Source: Phycisphaera mikurensis NBRC 102666 (lineage in GTDB: Bacteria; Planctomycetota; Phycisphaerae; Phycisphaerales; Phycisphaeraceae). Taken from it: a stretch of 32,000 bases of DNA. The notes below the pieces were generated by a model. The model was not told where the DNA came from, made no database searches, and saw nothing but the letters and a program-made list of their open reading frames with translations. The translations under genes and the position numbers were made by a program. The stretch covers positions 240,001-272,000 of the forward strand of contig NC_017080.1 of the NCBI RefSeq assembly GCF_000284115.1, in the 5' to 3' direction. The stretch's first letter is position 1. Every line of letters starts with the position of its first letter. Shown piece after piece: positions 15,757-22,895 of the stretch.

Positions 15757-17657
15757 GCCGGCGACGCCCCGATCCAGCCGCCGCGGAGGCCCCCGGGGCC
15801 ACGCTCGCGACCGCCATCACGCGGCTGGACCTCAAGGCGCGGGCCGAGGAGGAAGGGCCCGCCAGAGCGCCGCTCCGCTGGCCGCTGGTCCGCCGTCTCT
15901 GGTCGCTCACCACGCCCTACGCCGGGCTCCGCAACACGCTGCTCGTGCTCACCTGCGTCCGCGGCATCCAGCTGCCGGCGCTGCCGTGGATCCTGTCCGC
16001 GGTCATCGCCGGGCCGCTGGCGGCACGGAACTGGCCGGGCGTGCTCTGGGGCAGCGCGGGCTTCCTGGCGCTGCTGCTGTTCACCGCCGTGACCTTCCAC
16101 TACCGGATGAAGCTGTCGCTGGTCCTCGGCGAGGTCGTCGTGCAGGACCTCCGACGCGACCTCTTCGGCCACCTCCAGAAGCTGGGGATGCGCTACTACG
16201 ACCGCACCAAGGTCGGCGCGATCATCAGCCGGATGACCTCCGACGCCGAGGCGCTGCGGCAGGGCATCCAGGACGTCGTCTTCGTGTCGCTGGTCAACGT
16301 CGGCCACATGGTGATCGCTTCGCTGATCATGGCCTGGTACGACCTGCCGCTGTTCGGCTTCGTGCTGGCGATGAGCCCGCTGATCTGGGCCATCCACCGC
16401 TTCTTCGGCAGCCGGCTGGGCACCGCCTGGCGGGAGGTGCAGTCCTCGATGAGCCGGGTGACCGCGACGCTCGCCGAGAGCGTCTCGGGCATCCGCGTGA
16501 CGCAGGGCTTCGTCCGGCAGGAGCGCAACGCCGCGCTGTTCCACGAGCTCGTGAGCGACCACGCGGGCTACAACCTGCGGGCCTCGCGGCTCTCGGGCGT
16601 GTACATCCCGCTGCTGGACTTCAACAGCCAGCTCTTCCTCGCCGGGCTGCTCGTGCTCGGCGGCTGGCAGGTGCTCCACGGCGGCCTGCCCGGGTTCGGC
16701 GGCGAGCAGAGCCCCGCCGAGCAGGCGGCGACCTTCGCGGCGCTGGTGGTTTTCATCTTCCAGCTGCCGCCGTTCTTCCTGGCGCTGCGGGTGGTGGCCC
16801 GGCAGCACAACACCGCGCTCACGGCGATGGCCGGCGCCGAGCGGGTCTTCGCCTTGCTCGACACCGAGCCCGAGGTGCTCGACGAGCCCGACGCGGCGGC
16901 GCCGGAGACGATCCGCGGCGAGGTCGTCTTCGACGACGTCTCCTTCGGCTACGACCCCAAGCGGCCCGTGCTGCACGGGATCTCCTTCAAGGCCGAACCC
17001 GGCCAGACCATCGCGCTGGTCGGTCACACCGGATCGGGCAAGTCGACCGTCATCAAGCTGATCAGCAAGTTCTACCTGCCCACCGGCGGCCGGGTGCTTA
17101 TCGACGGCATCGCCACGCCGGGCCTCAGAACCGAGGCGTTGATGGCGGAGCTGGGCATCGTGCTGCAGAGCAATTTCCTGTTCACCGGCACCGTGATGGA
17201 CAACATCCGCATGGGCCAGCCGTCCGCGAGCGATGCGGACGTCGTCGCCGCCGCGAAGAAGCTGGACTGCCTCGACCTGCTCGAGCAGCTGCCCGAGGGC
17301 CTGCACACCGCCGTCGGCGAGCGCGGGGGCGCGCTCTCGCTGGGTCAGCGGCAGCTGGTGTGCTTCTGCCGCGCGATGCTCGCCGACCCGCGGCTGCTGA
17401 TCCTCGACGAGGCGACCAGCAGCGTGGACGGGCTGACCGAGGCCCGCATCCAGAAGGCCCTCAACGTGCTGCTCCGCGGCCGCACCAGCTTCGTCGTCGC
17501 CCACCGCCTCTCGACGATCCGCCACGCCAGCCGCGTGATCGTGCTCGACCACGGGAAGATCATCGAGAGCGGCCGGCACAACGAGCTCCTGCGGGAAGGC
17601 GGCGTCTACGCCGGCATGTACCGCCAGTTCATCCGGGCCGGCGAGGCAGCGTCTTGA
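15753..17657 (+). CDS. ABC exporter, fused permease/ATPase (MsbA-like), subunit 2
   Basis: GTG at 15753 overlaps the upstream stop (GTGA). Exporter TM domain, Walker A GHTGSGKST, signature LSLGQRQ, Walker B LILDEATSSVD. This is the only real part of the 1639-aa track ORF 12738..17657. Confidence 0.9.
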   Translation: MSRRRPDPAAAEAPGATLATAITRLDLKARAEEEGPARAPLRWPLVRRLWSLTTPYAGLRNTLLVLTCVRGIQLPALPWILSAVIAGPLAARNWPGVLWGSAGFLALLLFTAVTFHYRMKLSLVLGEVVVQDLRRDLFGHLQKLGMRYYDRTKVGAIISRMTSDAEALRQGIQDVVFVSLVNVGHMVIASLIMAWYDLPLFGFVLAMSPLIWAIHRFFGSRLGTAWREVQSSMSRVTATLAESVSGIRVTQGFVRQERNAALFHELVSDHAGYNLRASRLSGVYIPLLDFNSQLFLAGLLVLGGWQVLHGGLPGFGGEQSPAEQAATFAALVVFIFQLPPFFLALRVVARQHNTALTAMAGAERVFALLDTEPEVLDEPDAAAPETIRGEVVFDDVSFGYDPKRPVLHGISFKAEPGQTIALVGHTGSGKSTVIKLISKFYLPTGGRVLIDGIATPGLRTEALMAELGIVLQSNFLFTGTVMDNIRMGQPSASDADVVAAAKKLDCLDLLEQLPEGLHTAVGERGGALSLGQRQLVCFCRAMLADPRLLILDEATSSVDGLTEARIQKALNVLLRGRTSFVVAHRLSTIRHASRVIVLDHGKIIESGRHNELLREGGVYAGMYRQFIRAGEAAS

Positions 17658-17898
17658 GTCATGTGAGGCAGCGACGCGCCGCCCCCGACCAAGCCCCGCC
17701 CGCCACGGACCTCCTCGCCGCAGGCGTTCGCTCGGAGGCTGTCGGCTGTCCCACCGGCGTCTCCGCCCTGCGCCCGACGACGTGGGCGCCCGCGGCCGGC
17801 GCGTGCCAGGATCTCCGGGATGCGCCGAAGAACGATCGGGCGTTGCTCGGCGGGGGCGGCGGCGGGCGGCGTCGGCCGCAGGCGGCTCCGGCCGGGCG

Positions 17899-18924
17899 CT
17901 AGAAGGCCCACTCGAAGCGCAGCGACGCGCTCGCGACGCCGTCGGTCGTCCGCTGCGTCTCGAAGCGGTCGGTCAGCACCAGCTGCAGGTACTCGAAGGC
18001 GAATCGGGCGCGTTCGCCCTCCCACGCGAAGCGGAAGCCGCCGCCGAGCTCGCCCCGCCACGGCTCGCGCGACACCGACGCCGAGGGATCCCGCACGCTG
18101 CTGCCGTCGAGGAAGGTGTCCCACTGCACGTAGGAGCCGCCGGCTCGCCCGAAGAGGCCGGCGCGGAAGCCGGTGACGGCGGCGCCGGTGGCGGCGGGCG
18201 GGGCGAGCAGGCGGCCGGCGGAGAAGGAGTCGCCGAGGCGGTGCCCCAGCTCGACGTCGACGCCGGCGGAGGCGTAACGCTCGACGGTGCCGAGGCCGAA
18301 GCCGACCCGCGGGAGCACCCGCAGGCCCAGCGGCACGCCCCACGCGTCGATCTCGCCCAGCGGCACCCGCCACTCGCGGCGGTAGGTCAGCTGGGCCGCG
18401 AGCTCGTCGCCGAGCTGGTCGATCCAGTTGGGGTCCTCCTCGCCGATGAGATCGTGGACGGCCGACTGCGTCTCCTCGCCGAGCGCCGACGGGCCGACGA
18501 TCCCCAGGTCCAGCTGCAGGTGGTCGAGCGCGTCGCCGAGCTCCCGCTGCACGAAGACGCCGCCGTAGAGATAACCGGCGAAGGGCCGGTCGCCGGGATC
18601 ACGCGTCGGCGCGTCGATCACCTCCGGCGTGAAGAGCCGCTGGCCGCCGACGAGGCCCCAGGCCGTGCCCCGGTGGGCGAGGCCGAGCGCGTCGAACAGC
18701 GGGTCGGCCGCGTCGCCGTGGAAGGAGAGGATCGCGCCGGCGGCCGAGGTCTCGTGGCGGTCGGAATCGGCGTTCTCGCGGACGAAGCTGCCGTCGTTCT
18801 CGAAGGCCAGCGTGAGCGAGACGCGCAGCGGTGGCTCCGCCGCCGCGATCGCCTCGGCCGCTCGCGCCGCCGCGGCGGAGGCGAGCGGGAGGACCGCGAC
18901 GACGCAGGCGGGCACGATGCGCAC
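17899..18924 (-). CDS. LpxR-family (DUF2219) outer-membrane beta-barrel, putative lipid A 3'-O-deacylase
   Basis: GTG start and signal peptide (VVAVLPLASAAAARA). Family-like motifs recalled from LpxR: LFTPEVI, DRPFAGYLYGG, LGIVGPSALGE, FLDGSSVRD. Terminal aromatic residue (..RFEWAF) is typical of OM barrels. Confidence 0.7.
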   Translation of the reverse strand: MRIVPACVVAVLPLASAAAARAAEAIAAAEPPLRVSLTLAFENDGSFVRENADSDRHETSAAGAILSFHGDAADPLFDALGLAHRGTAWGLVGGQRLFTPEVIDAPTRDPGDRPFAGYLYGGVFVQRELGDALDHLQLDLGIVGPSALGEETQSAVHDLIGEEDPNWIDQLGDELAAQLTYRREWRVPLGEIDAWGVPLGLRVLPRVGFGLGTVERYASAGVDVELGHRLGDSFSAGRLLAPPAATGAAVTGFRAGLFGRAGGSYVQWDTFLDGSSVRDPSASVSREPWRGELGGGFRFAWEGERARFAFEYLQLVLTDRFETQRTTDGVASASLRFEWAF

Positions 18925-18945
18925 GACGCGAGCATGGCAGAGATT

Positions 18946-18991
18946 CCGCGGACCGTGGCGGTTCCGGCGGTCCCGGGCCCACGGTCCGCGG
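18946..18991. repeat. Bipartite palindromic element copy 3 (arms extended to 13 bp)
   Basis: CCGCGGACCGTGG (18946-18958) / CCACGGTCCGCGG (18979-18991). Counted from the 10-nt core, the spacer is again 26 nt. Lies in the divergent promoter region between the LpxR-like gene (start 18924) and the DUF502 gene (start 19058). Confidence 0.9.
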
Positions 18992-19057
18992 GTTTTCGGC
19001 CCCGCTCCTTAAGGTCAGCCGCCTGCCCGCGCGACCGCAACGACCGATGACCCCGCC

Positions 19058-20110
19058 ATGGAAGGCCCGCAGACGCCCCAGACCGCTCCCCCGGAGGCCG
19101 CCGCCGTCTCGCCCGGGAAGCCGCGCCGCCGCGACGGCTTCCGCCGGCTGTTCATCCGCGGGCTGGCGATCGTGCTGCCCACGGTGCTCACGATCTGGCT
19201 GCTGAGCATCGCCTACGGCTTCGTCGACCAGCGGATCGGCGCCCCCATCAACGCCGGCCTCCGCGAGGTCGTCATCCGCTTCTCGGAGTGGCCGCCCGCC
19301 GCCGCCGACGATTACCGCGCCACCTTCGACCGCCTGCCGCAGGAGATCCGCGACGACTGGGAGGACGTGCTGGAGCGGTACGCCGCGTCGCGGGACCGCA
19401 CGATCAACCAGCTGCCCGCCGGCGACGTCCGCGCCCGCCAGCTGGAGTGGCAGCAGGAGCTCCCAATCGCCAAGCGGCTGGCCCGCCGCCACGCCTTCAT
19501 CGAGCTCTGGGACGACGCCAACCTCGGCGGCTGGCCGGTGCTCAACCTCATCGGCGTGGTGCTGGCGATCGTGCTCGTCTACATCCTGGGCGCGTTCCTC
19601 TCGCGGTCGATCGGCAAGCGGCTCTGGAAGATCGGCGAGGGGTACATCCAGCGCGTGCCGCTGGTCGGCCGCGTGTACCCGGCCTTCAAGCAGATCACCG
19701 ACTTCGTCTTCGGCGACGAGACCGAGGAGAAGCTCTCCTTCAACCGCGTCGTCGCCGTGGAGTACCCCCGCCGCGGCCTCTGGTCGGTCGGCATGGTCAC
19801 CGGCAACACGCTGCGGACGATCCAGGACGCCGCCGGCCGCGAGTGCCTCACCGTCTTCGTGCCCAGCTCGCCGACGCCCTTCACCGGTTACGTCATCACC
19901 ACCCCCGTGGACGAGACGGTCGAGCTGCCGATCACCGTCGAAGACGCCTTGAAGTTTGCCGTCTCCGGCGGCGTGGTCGTCCCGCCCGCGGAGCTGATCG
20001 ACACCCCCACCGGCACCGCCGGCCGCCGCCCCGCGGCCGCGTTCGCTCCCGCCACTGCGCCGGCCGACGCCCCCACCCCGCCGCCGCCGGCCCCGTCGCT
20101 TCCCGCCTGA
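19058..20110 (+). CDS. DUF502-family membrane protein with long inter-TM insertion and Pro/Ala-rich tail
   Basis: ATG start. TM1 LFIRGLAIVLPTVLTIWLLSIAYGFV, TM2 VLNLIGVVLAIVLVYILGAFL. Conserved DUF502 core RVPLVGRVYPAFKQI...VFVPSSPTPFTGYVI. Confidence 0.8.
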   Translation: MEGPQTPQTAPPEAAAVSPGKPRRRDGFRRLFIRGLAIVLPTVLTIWLLSIAYGFVDQRIGAPINAGLREVVIRFSEWPPAAADDYRATFDRLPQEIRDDWEDVLERYAASRDRTINQLPAGDVRARQLEWQQELPIAKRLARRHAFIELWDDANLGGWPVLNLIGVVLAIVLVYILGAFLSRSIGKRLWKIGEGYIQRVPLVGRVYPAFKQITDFVFGDETEEKLSFNRVVAVEYPRRGLWSVGMVTGNTLRTIQDAAGRECLTVFVPSSPTPFTGYVITTPVDETVELPITVEDALKFAVSGGVVVPPAELIDTPTGTAGRRPAAAFAPATAPADAPTPPPPAPSLPA

Positions 20111-20144
20111 GTCCTCCCGCCCGCCACCCTCCCGGAGCCACCCT

Positions 20145-20438
20145 TTGAACGTCCACATCACCCACAAGCAGCTCGAGCTCACCGACTCCATCACCGCCTA
20201 CGTGAAGCAGCGGGCCGAGAAGCTGCCGAAGTACTGGAGCCGGGTGACGCGGGCGGACGTCGACATGGAGAAGCGGGGCGGCCACACCTACTGGGTCGAG
20301 TTCATCGTCCACGCCGAGGGCCACGACCCGTTCGTGTCGCACCACAAGCACGACGACCTCTACGCCTGCATCGACGAGGCGGCCAGCCGGGCGGAGCGGC
20401 AGCTCCGCGACCACCACGCCAAGCTCACGCACCACTGA
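20145..20438 (+). CDS. hpf: Ribosome hibernation promoting factor (short HPF/RaiA type)
   Basis: TTG start. MNVHITHKQLELTDSITAYVKQRAEKLPKY... matches the sigma54-modulation/S30AE family pattern. 97 aa. Confidence 0.9.
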   Translation: MNVHITHKQLELTDSITAYVKQRAEKLPKYWSRVTRADVDMEKRGGHTYWVEFIVHAEGHDPFVSHHKHDDLYACIDEAASRAERQLRDHHAKLTHH

Positions 20439-20460
20439 GGGGCCGCCGCCGGAGGCGGAG

Positions 20461-20871
20461 TCAGATCTTCCCGTCCCAGTTCGCGGGCAGGAGCAGCACG
20501 GGCAGGTCGGTCTGGCGGATGAGGTTCGCCGGCACGTCCCCGGCGATCAGCCGCTTGAGGACGCCCTTGCCCGTGAGGCCCAGGACGATGCACGTGCAGC
20601 CCTTCGCCCGGGCGGTGTTGAGGATCGCCTTGGGGGTGTCGTCGGAGAGCAGCATCACGCCGTCGCACTCGACGCCGGCTTCCCGCAGCCCCTTGGTGAG
20701 CAGGCCCAGCGTCTGCTCGCCGCGCTCGGTCGCGTCGCTCTCGGCGTCGTCGTCGTCCTGCAGCGTGGCGACGTGAGCCACCAGCACCTCGGCGTTGAGC
20801 CGGGCGGCGAGGTCGGCGATGGGGCCCACGAGCTTCTCGCTCGCCCAGGGCGAGCTCACCGAGACCAGCAT
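20461..20871 (-). CDS. Universal stress protein (UspA family)
   Basis: Track ORF starts at TTG 20937. The internal ATG at 20871 (MLVSVSSPWASEKL...) fits USP N-termini better. C-terminal GxxGxG-like motif VLGLTGKGVLKRLIAGDV. Confidence 0.8.
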   Translation of the reverse strand: MLVSVSSPWASEKLVGPIADLAARLNAEVLVAHVATLQDDDDAESDATERGEQTLGLLTKGLREAGVECDGVMLLSDDTPKAILNTARAKGCTCIVLGLTGKGVLKRLIAGDVPANLIRQTDLPVLLLPANWDGKI

Positions 20872-20994
20872 CCGGCTGGGTCGCGCGGCGGAGGGGCCGG
20901 GGGCGTTCGCGTCGGACGGGGCGGCGTTCTCGGGCAAGGGGAGCGGCCTTCGGGGAGACTTCGGGCGCGACCGGAGCCCGGCGCGGCCGGGACT

Positions 20995-21516
20995 TTACCC
21001 CGGTCGGCCGGCCGGGGTGCCCGCGGGAACGCCCCGCGCTTCCTCCAGGCCCGCGACCCACTCGAGGTAGCGGTACGCGATGCCGTGCGCGGCGTGCAAC
21101 GCCTTGAGCTCCGAGAGGTACCGCTCGTAGAGCTCGTGCTGCCAGCGCTGGGTGCCGTGCTGGCAGAAGAAGACGCGGCAGCCCAGCGGCCGCACCCCGT
21201 GTGCGGTGCAGGCCTCGCCCACCTGCCAGGGGCAGTCACCCGCGCGCGTGCGGCCCAGCTGCGGGAGGGCGAGGCCGGCCGGTTCCGGGGGCGGCGGGAC
21301 GCGCGACAGGAACCAGGCGATCTCCAGCGCGGTCACGTACAGCCGGTGCCCGAAGTCGTGGAAGTGGCAGCACTTCCCCGACTGCCAGCAGGTCGGGCCC
21401 CGCTCCGCCACCGCCGCGTCGAGGCCGGCGTACAGCGACCGGATCGCCGCGTCGACGGCGGGCGTGGCGGCGGCGGCGTGCCAGGCGTGCCAGGGGGAGT
21501 GGGCGTCGTGGCTCAT
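20995..21516 (-). CDS. YkgJ-family Cys-cluster (putative Zn/Fe-chelating, UPF0153) protein, paralog 1
   Basis: CWQSGKCC variant of the CxxCxxCC motif, plus downstream Cys residues (CPW..C..GC.VFFC). Confidence 0.72.
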   Translation of the reverse strand: MSHDAHSPWHAWHAAAATPAVDAAIRSLYAGLDAAVAERGPTCWQSGKCCHFHDFGHRLYVTALEIAWFLSRVPPPPEPAGLALPQLGRTRAGDCPWQVGEACTAHGVRPLGCRVFFCQHGTQRWQHELYERYLSELKALHAAHGIAYRYLEWVAGLEEARGVPAGTPAGRPG

Positions 21517-21556
21517 GGTGGCGGGGGGCGACGCCCGGAGATCCTCAGGACGCGGC

Positions 21557-22036
21557 TCACAGCCCCGGCGGGTTGCTCGCCGCCGTCACGCGGATGTCCG
21601 CCGCCGGGACGAAGTTGCCGCCCGGCTCGCCGGGCACCTTCATGCCGGGGCAGTGCGCGGCGGCCTCCCGCCAGCTCCGCTCGGTCTTGAGGTTGCTCGC
21701 CCAGAAGGGCCAGGTCCGGCACTGGGTCGGCCGCAGCGCGTACACGCCGCACTTGCCATGGCCTCGCTCGTCGCGCACGAGGAAGACGCAGTCGTGATCG
21801 CGGCCGCGCCGCACCTCGTCGAGCGTCCACCGGCCGTGCTTCCGCTTCGCGTACTTCTGCCGGAAGTCGAAGCGCGAGAGGCCGAAGTGGTCGGCCAGCG
21901 CCTGCTCCTCCTCGTCGTCGTACCACACGTACCCCGGCGGCCCCGTGCAGCAGCCGCCGCAGGCGGTGCAGGCGAAGGACAGGCCGGCCCCGTACCAGGT
22001 GGTCTGTTCTTCCGCGGCAGGAGGAGGATTCGGCAC
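21557..22036 (-). CDS. YkgJ-family Cys-cluster (CxxCxxCC) protein, paralog 2
   Basis: Canonical CTACGGCC motif near the N-terminus, followed by DCVFL...GKCGVY..RPTQCRTWPFW. Confidence 0.8.
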   Translation of the reverse strand: MPNPPPAAEEQTTWYGAGLSFACTACGGCCTGPPGYVWYDDEEEQALADHFGLSRFDFRQKYAKRKHGRWTLDEVRRGRDHDCVFLVRDERGHGKCGVYALRPTQCRTWPFWASNLKTERSWREAAAHCPGMKVPGEPGGNFVPAADIRVTAASNPPGL

Positions 22037-22045
22037 CGACGCGAG

Positions 22046-22206
22046 GTTAGCGCACCGTGCGCAATTCTCCGATCGCCTCTGCGGGCGAGTCGTGCCCCTC
22101 GCTTCGTCGGCTGCATCGCCCTGCCGGGGCAGGGCTGCTTCGCCTCCTCACGAGGAACACGACGCGCGGACGCAGGCCGATCGGAAAATTGCGCACGATG
22201 CTCTAG
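22046..22206. repeat. ~160-bp long imperfect palindrome (MITE-like or structured-RNA-like)
   Basis: Basal arms GCACCGTGCGCAATTCTCCGATCG (22051-22074) and CGATCGGAAAATTGCGCACGATGC (22178-22201) are complementary at 22 of 24 positions. Further partial pairing occurs inward (CCT..GCG/CGCAGG, GTCGTG, CTCG). An apex hairpin GCCCTGC-CGGG-GCAGGGC (22117-22134) sits exactly at the dyad centre. Confidence 0.8.
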
Positions 22207-22286
22207 GAGCGAGAAGGCAGCGGCCGGGACGCCGGAAGGCCGCGGCGCTCGTTGCGTCGGGTGTATTCTTCGGCCTTCCAAGCCCT

Positions 22287-22370
22287 GCCGGAGTGGCGGA
22301 ATTGGCATACGCGGTGGATTCAAAATCCACTGACCGCAAGGTCTTGTGGGTTCGAGTCCCACCTCCGGTA
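22287..22370 (+). tRNA. tRNA-Leu (anticodon CAA)
   Basis: 84 nt. Acceptor GCCGGAG/CTCCGGT (G1.U72). 3-bp D stem with 11-nt loop. Anticodon stem GTGGA/TCCAC with loop TTCAAAA. Long variable arm GACC-GCAA-GGTC. T arm GTGGG-TTCGAGT-CCCAC. Discriminator A. CCA is not encoded. Confidence 0.9.
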
Positions 22371-22385
22371 CTCGCTGAGTTTCTC

Positions 22386-22832
22386 ATGCCCGAACCCCCG
22401 CCGAAGCCGTGCCGCATCGGATGGCGTGAGCGGGTTGCGTTGCCCGACCTGCACATCCGCGGGATGCTCGCCAAGGCCGACACCGGCGCCCGCACCGGCG
22501 CGATCGACGTCGTGTCCTTCGAGGAGCTGCCCGGTGAGCGGGTCCGCTTCCGGGTCGCGCTCTCGCGGGAGGACCGCACGAGGACCCGGGAGCTGGAGGC
22601 GCCCATCCGCCGCCGCTCCGGGGTCAAGAGCGCCCACGGCAAGACGCAGCAGCGGCTCTTCATCGAGACCACGCTCGTGCTCGCCGGCATCACCAAGACG
22701 ATCGAGCTGTCGCTGGCGAAGCGTGCCGACCTCCGTCACCGCCTGCTGCTCGGCCGCGCCGCGCTCTCCCCGGAGTTCCTCGTCGATTCGGGGCGAACCT
22801 TCGTTGTCTCCACCCCGCACCGACGGGGCTGA
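22386..22832 (+). CDS. RimB-like retropepsin-type protease (DUF785, annotated in databases as putative ATP-dependent zinc protease)
   Basis: Track ORF trimmed to ATG 22386, 15 nt after the tRNA. IGWRERVALPDL...AKADTGARTGAIDV...ELSLAKRADLRHRLLLGRAAL matches the DUF785 pattern (GW.E.v.LP...aKiDTGA.tS...LtdR..m....LLGR). The gene sits just upstream of rimK, as in rimABK loci. Confidence 0.8.
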   Translation: MPEPPPKPCRIGWRERVALPDLHIRGMLAKADTGARTGAIDVVSFEELPGERVRFRVALSREDRTRTRELEAPIRRRSGVKSAHGKTQQRLFIETTLVLAGITKTIELSLAKRADLRHRLLLGRAALSPEFLVDSGRTFVVSTPHRRG

Positions 22833-22895
22833 GTCGTTCATGCCCCACCCGATCCTCCCGCGAAGCGGGCCCGCCCGGGTCCAAGGACAAGCCTC

